A stretch of 27,579 nt of DNA. It comes from a bacterium (lineage in GTDB: Bacteria; Babelota; Babeliae; Babelales; JABCYS01). Made by a program: the position numbers and the translations under genes. The DNA is taken from positions 1 to 27,579 of the forward strand of contig DAIDHG010000009.1 in assembly GCA_027452085.1 (NCBI GenBank), read 5' to 3'. Positions 8,827-17,299 of the stretch are shown here, in pieces. Each line of letters opens with the position of its first letter. Position 1 is the stretch's first letter. The notes under the pieces were generated by a model. The model saw only the letters and a program-made list of their open reading frames with translations, was not told the origin of the DNA and searched no databases.

Positions 8827-10293
8827 ATGAATAAACGCAATATTATTTTGGTTTCTGCCGCTGGTGCAATTCTATTTGTACTCGCAGCGCGCCATTTCCA
8901 GCTCTTTAAGCGGTCTTCGTCGGAAACGCCCTCATACGTTACCATCTCTCTTGATCAGCTCAAAAACAAAAAGAATATTATTGATATAGCCATTATCGGT
9001 TCTGGCCCAGCCGGTTGGAGCGCGGCATTATATGGCGCGCGCCTTGGCAATTACACGGTGGTTATTGATGGCAATCTCCCCGGCGGACAGCTGACTAAAA
9101 CCTCCTTTATCGAGAATTGGCCGGGCTTTAAACGAATTAAAGGATCGGAACTTATGGATCAGCTGGCCTCGCAGGCAAAATCATATGGAGCCGAGGAGCT
9201 TAAGGATATCGTAACCTCTGTTGATCTAGCCTCATGGCCCTACACCATCAAAACCGATGAAGGGCACACCCTTCATGCTGCTGCTCTTATTATTGCCACC
9301 GGTTCCAGCCCGCGTAATACCGGTATTCCTGGTGAGATGGAATTTTATGGCAAAGGGGTGAGCACCTGCGCTATCTGCGATGCACCATTTTATAAAGGCA
9401 AAAATGCCGTGGTGATTGGCGGTGGTGACTCGGCAGCAGAAGAAGCACTGCAACTTGCGGTGTATGCAAAGAAGGTTACGGTTTTGGTGCGTAAAGAGGT
9501 AATGCGCGCCTCGGCAGTTATGCAGCAACGCTTAAAATCTGCGCACAATATAGAAATTCTTACCGATGTTGAGGCCGAAAGAATAACTGGAGTTGACACC
9601 GTAAAAGCGGTAGAAATTCGCAATAAAAAGACCAACGAACTCAAAGTGCTGCAAACCGATGGCTTTTTTATTGCCATCGGCCACCATCCAAACACCGAAC
9701 TGTTTAAAGGAACCAAGCTGCTCAACCCGCATGGCTATGTTATCGTGCATAACCACACGCAAGAGACGCCGATGCCAGGAATATTTGCCGCAGGGGATGT
9801 TGAAGATTCCCGCTATCGCCAAGCTGGTGTGGCCGCTGGCCATGGCTGTGCAGCGGCTATTGATGCTGATCGTTTCTTGCGTGAGGTTGGCCTCACCGGC
9901 AAGTTCAGAGATAATCTGAAAAAGACTGATGCATACTTTTCTGATTTTCTCGTAGCGAGAGCAGAGATCCCAATGCTGCCATCGCTTGAAAGCTTTAATG
10001 AAAAAGTGGTAAGCCAAAAAGGTATCTTTGTGCTGGATTTTACGGGCAAAAACTGCCCAACCTGCAAGCAGCAGTTGCCGATTATCGAGGCAGCAGCAAG
10101 CCGTTTTGCCGATTCAATAACCTTTTATAAGGTTGACGCTGATGAGGCAAAAGATCTTGTTATGTCTTTAAAGGTGCCAAAAGTTCCCTATGTGGTGATC
10201 TTTAAAGATGGAGTTCGCGTGGCAACCTTTAACAAAGTGGTAAGCAAGCACGAATTCTTTGAGCATTTAAGCTCAATATTGAGCGAAGCTTAA
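8827..10293 (+). CDS. trxB: Thioredoxin-disulfide reductase fused to a C-terminal thioredoxin domain, with N-terminal hydrophobic leader
   Basis: FAD motif IIGSGPAG, GGQL, active site CAICD, NADPH motif GGGDSAAEEA and FAAGDV. C-terminal thioredoxin fold DF...NCPTC...KVDAD...VP. Confidence 0.93.
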   Translation: MNKRNIILVSAAGAILFVLAARHFQLFKRSSSETPSYVTISLDQLKNKKNIIDIAIIGSGPAGWSAALYGARLGNYTVVIDGNLPGGQLTKTSFIENWPGFKRIKGSELMDQLASQAKSYGAEELKDIVTSVDLASWPYTIKTDEGHTLHAAALIIATGSSPRNTGIPGEMEFYGKGVSTCAICDAPFYKGKNAVVIGGGDSAAEEALQLAVYAKKVTVLVRKEVMRASAVMQQRLKSAHNIEILTDVEAERITGVDTVKAVEIRNKKTNELKVLQTDGFFIAIGHHPNTELFKGTKLLNPHGYVIVHNHTQETPMPGIFAAGDVEDSRYRQAGVAAGHGCAAAIDADRFLREVGLTGKFRDNLKKTDAYFSDFLVARAEIPMLPSLESFNEKVVSQKGIFVLDFTGKNCPTCKQQLPIIEAAASRFADSITFYKVDADEAKDLVMSLKVPKVPYVVIFKDGVRVATFNKVVSKHEFFEHLSSILSEA

Positions 10294-10358
10294 ACTTATA
10301 AAAAGAACGATCTGCGCGATATCTATCAATCTTCTTGAATTTCAAAAAAAGACGATCC

Positions 10359-10388
10359 TTGCAAATAGAAAACTCTGTCTGCTAAAAT
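10359..10388 (+). promoter_or_regulatory. Putative sigma70 promoter (extended -10)
   Basis: TTGCAA-N18-TAAAAT with TGn before the -10, 35 nt upstream of the ATG at 10424. Confidence 0.5.
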
Positions 10389-10423
10389 CAAGCTAATTAA
10401 AAGCTTTAAGTTGGACAGTAGTA

Positions 10424-11464
10424 ATGAAGAAAAATATAGGAAAAGCGGGCATTTTGCTCGCGGTCATAGCATTGCAGGGTGACTTTGAGGACGAAAGTCA
10501 GCTCTTTCGTAAAAATGCGGTTATTCGACCGATTATTCCGATCGTGGAAACGCCGCTGAATTCCTTAATGCCAGACTCGCATCTCGAGTCGGTAAAATTC
10601 TATTCTCAAAAGTCGCATGATTCGAACGAAAAAATATTGCGTCACGGGCTTCTTAAGCTCAAAAAAGATGCGCCAGCTACGGTATTGGTATGCCACGGCT
10701 ATATGTGTGACAAAACAGATGTTGGCATTTTTCGCACCATTTTCAAAGATTATAACGTTTTAACGTTTGATTTCCGCGCGCATGGCCAAGAAAAGGATGG
10801 GCAATATTCAAGCCTTGGGCATGATGAGATTTTTGATGTAATCGGCGCCGTTGAATACCTTCGTTCTCGGCCAGAACTTGCAACTAAGCCGCTTATCGCC
10901 TATGCATTCTCAATGGGGGCCGTTTCAGCAATCGGGGCGCAATCAAAGCATGGGAGCTTATTTGATGGCATGATTCTTGATTGCCCCTTTGATCATACAG
11001 ATACGGTTCTGCAAAAAGGTATCGAACAACTTAAGTTCACCATCTTTGGCCACGAGGTTGCGCTGCCAGGTCGCACCATATTGCAAAAATATGCCTATAA
11101 CCACTATGTGCAAAAATTTGTAAAAGCGGTCTTTAAAGCTATTACACCGTTGGATGCCACCAAAATTAAGACGCGTATTATGCCCGTGGCTCCGGTAGAG
11201 TCTATCGAAAATGTGAACGTGCCATGCTATTTCATCACCTGCAAAAATGATGAAAAGGTTCCGGTAGATTCGGTAGTTTCTGTGTATATGGGCGCAAAAG
11301 GCTTTAAACGGTTGTGGATTACCAACGGTCGCAGACACTACGATTCATTCTTTTCAAACCCTGAGCATTACGTTTTTCGGGTGAATGAGTTTGTAGATCA
11401 AGTTTCGCATGGCCAACTAAAGCATGATCAATCGGGATATATTTTCCAAGACAAAGACGTATAA
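10424..11464 (+). CDS. Alpha/beta hydrolase (serine esterase/peptidase fold)
   Basis: Oxyanion HGY, FDFRAHG, nucleophile elbow AFSMG, acid DEKVP and His in GRRH. Short hydrophobic N-terminus. Confidence 0.88.
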   Translation: MKKNIGKAGILLAVIALQGDFEDESQLFRKNAVIRPIIPIVETPLNSLMPDSHLESVKFYSQKSHDSNEKILRHGLLKLKKDAPATVLVCHGYMCDKTDVGIFRTIFKDYNVLTFDFRAHGQEKDGQYSSLGHDEIFDVIGAVEYLRSRPELATKPLIAYAFSMGAVSAIGAQSKHGSLFDGMILDCPFDHTDTVLQKGIEQLKFTIFGHEVALPGRTILQKYAYNHYVQKFVKAVFKAITPLDATKIKTRIMPVAPVESIENVNVPCYFITCKNDEKVPVDSVVSVYMGAKGFKRLWITNGRRHYDSFFSNPEHYVFRVNEFVDQVSHGQLKHDQSGYIFQDKDV

Positions 11465-11482
11465 CACAATAAAGGAGTAGTA

Positions 11483-11842
11483 ATGAAGCAACGTCTATTA
11501 TTAGTCGCAGCCTTGTTAGCGATCGCGTTAACAGCGCATGCAGCTGTGAACTTTATGAACACCAGCGATGTGCCGGTGCAAACAGCCAGAACCTATGGTG
11601 GTAAGGCGGATTATAAAATCCGTTCGGTTGCCCGAGAGGAATATCCATCAAAGGCTGTAGCACATGTTCATGAATATGTTGATGATGTGCCGGAATCAGA
11701 AACGCTTTTTGGATGGCATCGCTATCATCATCACTATGGGGATGGTCCATACTGGCGGCGTGGCTATTGGGGAAGGCCATACTATGGGCATCGATACTAC
11801 GGTTATTACCGACCATATTGGCGTCGTCACTATTATTACTAA
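11483..11842 (+). CDS. Secreted protein with Tyr/His/Arg/Trp-rich C-terminal half (119 aa)
   Basis: SD AAGGAG, signal peptide MKQRLLLVAALLAIALTAHA, ends YWRRHYYY. Confidence 0.8.
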   Translation: MKQRLLLVAALLAIALTAHAAVNFMNTSDVPVQTARTYGGKADYKIRSVAREEYPSKAVAHVHEYVDDVPESETLFGWHRYHHHYGDGPYWRRGYWGRPYYGHRYYGYYRPYWRRHYYY

Positions 11843-11863
11843 ACAACACTAAAAGGAGAAATT

Positions 11864-12262
11864 ATGAAGAAATTATTAGCATTTGCAGTTGTACTGCTTA
11901 TTGGCTCAACAATGTTTGCCCCACATGGTGGCGGAGGCGGCGGTGGTCACATGGGTGGTGGCGCTGGTCACGTTGGCGGTGGCCATATGGGTGGCGGCGC
12001 AGGTCATATAGGTGGTGGTCATTGGGGCGGCGGCCGTGGCGGCTGGGGCCATGAGCATGACGGTGGTCGTGGTTATTACGGCGATGGTGGCTTTTACGGC
12101 GGTTGGGGCTGGGGCTATCCATATTATGGCTACGGATATCCATACTATGATGGATACTACGGCGATGATTATTATGATGATTATTACCCAGACTACTACT
12201 ACGACTACGGCCCAGGCGTGAGCGTAGGTGTACCAGGGTTTGGCTTCTCAATTGGTATTTAA
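11864..12262 (+). CDS. Secreted Gly/His- then Gly/Tyr/Asp-rich low-complexity protein (132 aa)
   Basis: SD AAGGAG, signal peptide MKKLLAFAVVLLIGSTMFA, GGHMGGGAGH repeats, a YG/YD-rich block, ends PGFGFSIGI. Confidence 0.85.
   Translation: MKKLLAFAVVLLIGSTMFAPHGGGGGGGHMGGGAGHVGGGHMGGGAGHIGGGHWGGGRGGWGHEHDGGRGYYGDGGFYGGWGWGYPYYGYGYPYYDGYYGDDYYDDYYPDYYYDYGPGVSVGVPGFGFSIGI
11942..12031 (+). repeat. Intragenic 36-bp (12-aa) tandem repeat, about 2.5 copies
   Basis: GGHMGGGAGHVG / GGHMGGGAGHIG / GGHWGG. The DNA copies differ mainly at synonymous positions. Confidence 0.8.
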
Positions 12263-12276
12263 TTGCCACATGAATT

Positions 12277-12301
12277 GGGCCTCGCAGGAGGCCCTTTTTT
12301 T
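12277..12301 (+). terminator. Intrinsic terminator
   Basis: GGGCCTC-gcag-GAGGCCC followed by T7, just after the stop at 12262. Confidence 0.85.
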
Positions 12302-12349
12302 GGCTTTTGATCAACAAGATAGGCTGCTTAACAAAGAGATTTGCTGATT

Positions 12350-12652
12350 ATGAAGAAATATTTCCTATTTCTATTCCTCGCAAGCTCATGCGTTTTTGCT
12401 GTCAGCAAACTAACTGCTGATACCAAAGCCGAAATAAAGGCGCAGGCAAAAGAAGAGCGTAGGCAGCGACGTCATGAGCGCCGTCGTCTGCGTGCGTTAC
12501 AAAACCCCTATTATTATGGCGGGTATCCAAACCTTTGTTTTGGGCCACCATTTGCCTGGGGCTATAGCTACTATGGCAATTATTACCCCTATTACGGCCC
12601 ATATAATAATTGGGGACCCAACTTTGGCCTGAATTTCAACTTTTACCGGTGA
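12350..12652 (+). CDS. Secreted protein with Arg-rich helix and Tyr/Gly/Pro-rich tail (100 aa)
   Basis: ATG 12350 gives the signal peptide MKKYFLFLFLASSCVFA. Contains ERRQRRHERRRLR and ends WGPNFGLNFNFYR. Confidence 0.78.
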   Translation: MKKYFLFLFLASSCVFAVSKLTADTKAEIKAQAKEERRQRRHERRRLRALQNPYYYGGYPNLCFGPPFAWGYSYYGNYYPYYGPYNNWGPNFGLNFNFYR

Positions 12653-12655
12653 TGC

Positions 12656-12988
12656 ATGAAGAAGCTTTTACTTTGTTGCATCACCGTGTTGTTTCTCAAT
12701 GCCCAATTGTTTGCGTATCATGGCGATGCGGCTGCTCAATCTGTTCTGCAATGCCACGGCTGCGATCTCTGTCTTCAAACCGAAGATGGAAATTATTTAT
12801 CCATTTCTCGCGAGCAACTCATACGGGCGCTTCATCAAAGCGAGAACTCGTATTGCGCATCACCATGCACCGAAAAGTGCCTGACTCAAGTATGCCCATG
12901 CCATCATCATCATCGAAAAATACCTGTGTGCGAACACGGCTGTTGCCGATGGACTCGCTGGCGCTACCCGCAGTGGTATTACTTTTAA
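12656..12988 (+). CDS. Secreted Cys/His-rich protein (110 aa)
   Basis: Signal peptide MKKLLLCCITVLFLNAQLFA. Contains CHGCDLC, CPCHHHH and CEHGCC, and ends WRYPQWYYF. Starts 3 nt after the previous stop. Confidence 0.72.
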   Translation: MKKLLLCCITVLFLNAQLFAYHGDAAAQSVLQCHGCDLCLQTEDGNYLSISREQLIRALHQSENSYCASPCTEKCLTQVCPCHHHHRKIPVCEHGCCRWTRWRYPQWYYF

Positions 12989-13034
12989 CGATTGTTTTTG
13001 CTACGTTCTCCGTACACATTATTACGGAGAAACA

Positions 13035-14540
13035 ATGATCACTATCAATCTTTCTGCAAAATCAATCCATGACCAACCAGTTTCCAGCCGCGTCTGGTTC
13101 TTAGAAGAAGGGTTTACTTTTGGCAAAGAGCTCAATGCATTAGCCAAACATCTTTTCCCTTCACTTCAACAATTTTTCAACGAACGTGGTTTTACCGGCA
13201 AAGCAAATTCCGGTATCACATTACCAATTTGGCATGATGAAAAACTTCTGCATTTAATCTTTGTCGGCCTTGGTAAAAAGCATGGCAAAACGTTAACGAT
13301 GGAAAATTATCGCCGTGCCGTTGGTCGCGCCGTGCGTTTGGCAGAATCGCACAAGCTCTCATCGTTTGCCTTCGAACTCCTCAACCCAAAAGATTTTGGC
13401 GTCGATCTGAATCATTTAGTTCAGCAAACAGTAACCACGGCTCACATGGCAGGCTATCACTTTGATGATTTCAAACGAGATCGCCAATCAACTAAAGAGC
13501 TCGCCATCACGATTTGCATTGATAAAGCTCAGCAAAAAGCTGCTGAGCAAGCAAAAAAAGCCGGTGAAATTATTGCAGCTGCCGTAAATACCACCCGCCA
13601 TCAAATCGACACACCACCAAGCAGACTCACTCCAACACATTTGGCAGAGCACGCCGAGCGTGTTGCAAAAGAAAACAAACTTAAAATTACTGTATTTGGT
13701 GAGCCAGAAATTATTAAGATGGGCATGGGCGGCCTGGCAGCCGTTTCGGCCGGTTCGCACCAAGATGCAAAATTTATCATCATGGAATACAACGGCGGCA
13801 AAAAAACGGATAAACGCATTGCGCTTGTGGGCAAAGGCATCACCTTTGACTCAGGCGGGCTCAGCATAAAGCCAGCGGCAAGCATGGAAACCATGAAAGA
13901 AGATATGGCGGGTGCGGCTTCAGTGATTAATGCCATTGGAGCGCTGGCGGCATTGAAGGCCCCCGTAAATGTGGTAGCCATTGCGCCAACATCAGAAAAT
14001 TTACCAAGCGGCACTGCCACCAAACCGGGCGATATCATCAAATTCTACAATGGAAAAACGGCCGAAGTTCGCAACACGGATGCCGAAGGCCGTCTTATTT
14101 TGGCCGATGCTTTATCATATGCCGTAAAACATTTTGAACCGGGATTAATTGTCGACGTTGCTACCCTGACTGGCGCCTGTGATTATGCCGTTGGTCCATT
14201 CTACAGCGGTCTGTTTACTATGGATGATAAGCTGGCAGATACAGCGCTTGCCGCGGCACAAAAATCGGGCGATCGCGTTTGGCGTTTGCCATTGCATGAA
14301 GATTATGAATTTGCCATTGCATCAGATGTTGCTGATTTGTGTAACATCGGCAAAAGCAATTACAAAGCAGGCGCTACTACCGCTGCCATGTTTTTGAAAC
14401 ATTTTGTCGACGATTGCCCATGGATTCATTTGGATATTGCAAGTAATGCTTTCGATTTGCCAAGCACAAGCTATGTAGAACACGGTGCTTCTGGCGCCAG
14501 TGTGCGATTGCTCATCGAATTAGCACTCTCATATAAGTAG
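13035..14540 (+). CDS. pepA: Leucyl (cytosol) aminopeptidase, M17 family
   Basis: Motifs VGKGITFDSGG, MKEDMAG, NTDAEGRLILAD, ATLTGA and WIHLDIA. Confidence 0.96.
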   Translation: MITINLSAKSIHDQPVSSRVWFLEEGFTFGKELNALAKHLFPSLQQFFNERGFTGKANSGITLPIWHDEKLLHLIFVGLGKKHGKTLTMENYRRAVGRAVRLAESHKLSSFAFELLNPKDFGVDLNHLVQQTVTTAHMAGYHFDDFKRDRQSTKELAITICIDKAQQKAAEQAKKAGEIIAAAVNTTRHQIDTPPSRLTPTHLAEHAERVAKENKLKITVFGEPEIIKMGMGGLAAVSAGSHQDAKFIIMEYNGGKKTDKRIALVGKGITFDSGGLSIKPAASMETMKEDMAGAASVINAIGALAALKAPVNVVAIAPTSENLPSGTATKPGDIIKFYNGKTAEVRNTDAEGRLILADALSYAVKHFEPGLIVDVATLTGACDYAVGPFYSGLFTMDDKLADTALAAAQKSGDRVWRLPLHEDYEFAIASDVADLCNIGKSNYKAGATTAAMFLKHFVDDCPWIHLDIASNAFDLPSTSYVEHGASGASVRLLIELALSYK

Positions 14541-14549
14541 GCATTTTAA

Positions 14550-14640
14550 AAAGTATCTTGGATATTTAACCAAAAACGATCAAAAGTATGTTGGATATTT
14601 AGCCAAAAGTTGGATAAAGTATCTTGGATATTTCGCCAAA
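14550..14640 (+). repeat. Three 25-bp direct repeats with a 33-bp period (operator/iteron-like)
   Basis: AAAGTATCTTGGATATTTAACCAAA (14550-14574), AAAGTATGTTGGATATTTAGCCAAA (14583-14607) and AAAGTATCTTGGATATTTCGCCAAA (14616-14640), separated by 8-nt variable spacers. Confidence 0.92.
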
Positions 14641-14669
14641 GTGATTATAAATGCTGGAAAAACGTAGGT

Positions 14670-16034
14670 ATGAAGCGCATTGCCGATTATTTTTTGCTTG
14701 AATGGAAAAATCTCCCACGCCCGAAGCCCTTGCTGGTGCGCGGTGCTCGACAAGTAGGCAAGACCTATGCCGTGCAAGCACTTGGTAAAACATTTCCTCG
14801 ATTTGTAGAAGTTAACCTGGAGACCGATGATGGTGCCAGAAAAATTATTGGGAAAGATCTGGATCCTCATCGTATGATATTGCAGCTTTCAGAGTATCTT
14901 GGTGTGGAGATTATCCCAGGTCAAACATTACTTTTCTTTGATGAGATTCAGAAAGTTCCCAAAGCGATAACGGCGCTTCGCTATTTTTATGAAAAAGTTG
15001 AAGGGCTGCATGTTATTGCAGCAGGATCGCTTTTGGATTTTGCCATTGATTACGTAGGTATGCCAGTTGGTCGCGTTTCTTCTTTGTTTATGTATCCGCT
15101 TTCTTTCCTTGAGTTTTTGGTGGCCCGCGGCGATACACAGTGGGCTCAAGCAATCATTCGGCATAGCGTTGGCGATCCAATCAGTGAGCCGCTGCATGAA
15201 AAATTATTAGACGTGGTTGGTGAATATATCGCCGTTGGCGGTTTGCCTGGTGCTGTTAATGAATGGCTCAGCCCACCGCGATTAAGTGAACGATCTTCGC
15301 GGGCGGTAAAAAGAGTTCATGCAGATCTTATTTTTAACTATCGAGAAGACATTAAGAAGTATGCTGAAAAAGATGAGGTGGCGCAGATCGAAGCTGTATT
15401 TGATGAAGCGGTTAAACAGGTTGGCCGCAAATTTGTATTTGCCAATATCGAAGGCTATCGGAAAAGGGAGCTCGATCCTTCGTTAAAAGCGCTGGAAAAA
15501 GCTGGTTTAATGCATCGAGTTGTGCGCAGTTCAGGGCAAGGCATTCCGCTTGGTTCATTTTCGGATAAAAACGATTTTAAAGTGTTGTTATTAGACGTTG
15601 GCATGACACAAGCACTCAATAAGTTTGATATAAGTTCTTGGCTCATCGATCCATCGCAAAATTTTGTAAATCAAGGTGAAATTGTTGAGGCGTTTGTTGG
15701 GCAGGAGTTACTGGCCTATTCGGATCCTATTATGAAGGAAGAGCTCTTTTATTGGCGACGCCAAGAACGCACGAGCCAGGCAGAAATTGATTATTTGATT
15801 CAGCTAAGGAACAAGGTAATCCCCCTTGAGGTGAAAGCAGGTACCGACAAACGCATGAAAAGTATCCGCATCTTTTTGGATGAGCATGCTCGTTCTCCCT
15901 ATGGTATTCGATTTTCCTCACTCAACTATGAGCAGGCTGGTTTGATTCATTCATATCCGTTGTACGCCGTTGCCAAAACACTCTTTGATGCGAACGAAGT
16001 TATGCGTGAAGCCCTCTTGCATTTAGTTACATAG
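14670..16034 (+). CDS. AAA_14 ATPase with C-terminal DUF4143 / PD-(D/E)xK nuclease-like domain
   Basis: ATG 14670 (MKR, after AGGT). Walker A GARQVGKT, Walker B FFDEIQ, AAGSLL, GGLP and C-terminal YWR...EIDYL...IPLEVK. Confidence 0.88.
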   Translation: MKRIADYFLLEWKNLPRPKPLLVRGARQVGKTYAVQALGKTFPRFVEVNLETDDGARKIIGKDLDPHRMILQLSEYLGVEIIPGQTLLFFDEIQKVPKAITALRYFYEKVEGLHVIAAGSLLDFAIDYVGMPVGRVSSLFMYPLSFLEFLVARGDTQWAQAIIRHSVGDPISEPLHEKLLDVVGEYIAVGGLPGAVNEWLSPPRLSERSSRAVKRVHADLIFNYREDIKKYAEKDEVAQIEAVFDEAVKQVGRKFVFANIEGYRKRELDPSLKALEKAGLMHRVVRSSGQGIPLGSFSDKNDFKVLLLDVGMTQALNKFDISSWLIDPSQNFVNQGEIVEAFVGQELLAYSDPIMKEELFYWRRQERTSQAEIDYLIQLRNKVIPLEVKAGTDKRMKSIRIFLDEHARSPYGIRFSSLNYEQAGLIHSYPLYAVAKTLFDANEVMREALLHLVT

Positions 16035-16110
16035 TCGCGGCATTTAGGGCATCGCTAACGGCTGGCAAAAAAAAGGCACTCGATCGAGTGACTCAACTTT
16101 TTTACGTTTC

Positions 16111-16221
16111 TTATCGATGTGGCTGAATGTTAGGCCTGGTGGCATTAAATAGCCATGAATAAAATAATAGCGTCAGTGGCCCCATTAAAAAAGCCAATGA
16201 AGCGTTGTCTGTTTCTGTATA
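16111..16221 (-). pseudogene. Possible 3' remnant of a membrane-protein gene abutting the IS
   Basis: Open frame from the IS edge reads YTETDNASLAFLMGPLTLLFYSWLFNATRPNIQPHR*. It is followed on the minus strand by the palindrome CACTCGATCGAGTG and a T-run. Confidence 0.3.
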
Positions 16222-16227
16222 CAGGAC

Positions 16228-17262
16228 TTACGCATAAAAACCCTTAAAGATTCGTGCTGGTCGAATGAATCTTAGTGCCCAGCTGGGGTCCCTTTTCCCC
16301 TTTCGACGAGCCAAAACAGCCTCAGGATTCTTGAGCTTTTTTTCACGACATTCAAAAATCAATAAGGTGTATGCCAAAAACACGTTCATAAGATGGTTGC
16401 TTTGTGTCTGACGACTTCTGCTCTGACAATCCTTTAACCCCAAGTGTTGTTTGGCTGTTCGAAAAAATTTTTCAATGTTCCAGCGATATCCATACACCTG
16501 CACATGTTTACGAGGTTCTGCTTCGTAATTGCTTACCTGGTACACAACTTGGTTTTCACCATTTCGATTTTCTCGCTTGACGGCAGTAAAATATAATCCA
16601 GAAATACTTCTCCAAGAGCCGCCAACGGTTCTGTATTGTTTTTTTCCATTCATGAGTCCAGCAAAAAACAGGTCGATTCTCAGTGTTTTATCGCCAACTG
16701 TTATTACTCGGTTCGAATGAATACGCATTTCAAATTTTATGCTTCTTTCATTAAGCCACTGAATCAAATCAACTGAAGCATAAAGGCCATCGAGAATAAC
16801 AATTTTTATCGGCATCTCGCGTATAACAGCTAGGATAAGTAGCTTGGCCAAATCAGTTTTTTTGCGATATTCCCCTTCTTCAAGCAGTTCTTTATTCACC
16901 CACAGCAGGTGGTCAACTGGAATCGCCCATTTGCCATCCGTAACCATTGCTACAACTGCGCATAAAGATCGGTAAACCATGTTGCCTGAAGAGTCGTAGT
17001 TATCACTGGTTCCAGCAATGAGTCGAGAATACATTTTTTCGATTAGGGTATCATCGATAATAAGGTAAGCACTTTTAGAGTTTAAGAACTCCGCGGCTAG
17101 CTCAAAAAGCTCTCCGGATGTGGCTGGCGCCGCATTTAGCGTGCGTAACATGCGGTCACCACTGAGACCTAAAAACCGCCCAAGCGACTCGCAATTTTTT
17201 CTAAAGGTGGACGAAACTAAACCGCAAACGTATGCTAATCGTGGTTCGATTTTTTCGAACAT
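16228..17262 (-). CDS. DDE transposase (IS701 family / IS4-like)
   Basis: Motifs IIDDT, ILDGLY and the Y-x2-R-x3-E-x6-K signature (YGYRWNIEKFFRTAK). SD AAGGAG. The stop codon lies inside the terminal repeat. Confidence 0.92.
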   Translation of the reverse strand: MFEKIEPRLAYVCGLVSSTFRKNCESLGRFLGLSGDRMLRTLNAAPATSGELFELAAEFLNSKSAYLIIDDTLIEKMYSRLIAGTSDNYDSSGNMVYRSLCAVVAMVTDGKWAIPVDHLLWVNKELLEEGEYRKKTDLAKLLILAVIREMPIKIVILDGLYASVDLIQWLNERSIKFEMRIHSNRVITVGDKTLRIDLFFAGLMNGKKQYRTVGGSWRSISGLYFTAVKRENRNGENQVVYQVSNYEAEPRKHVQVYGYRWNIEKFFRTAKQHLGLKDCQSRSRQTQSNHLMNVFLAYTLLIFECREKKLKNPEAVLARRKGKRDPSWALRFIRPARIFKGFYA

Positions 17263-17299
17263 GGGGCTCTCCTTTTTATGCCATTGTAATAACAGCTAG

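Noticed and set aside
11553..12317. Alternative-frame and antisense ORFs (His/Arg/Trp-rich) over the Gly/Tyr-rich genes
   Set aside because: These are shadows of low-complexity codons. The chosen frames have an SD, signal peptides and a terminator.
11483..12988. Small proteins as RiPP precursors
   Set aside because: They have Sec-type signal peptides rather than RiPP leaders, and no modifying enzymes (radical SAM, YcaO, LanM, P450) or dedicated exporter are present in the window.
14550..14640. Possible mini CRISPR array
   Set aside because: Spacers are only 8 nt, there are three copies and no cas genes are in the window. An operator/iteron-like array fits better.
14610..14669. Upstream TTG start for the ATPase
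   Set aside because: It lies within the repeat array. ATG 14670 has an SD-like AGGT and gives the family-typical MKR start.
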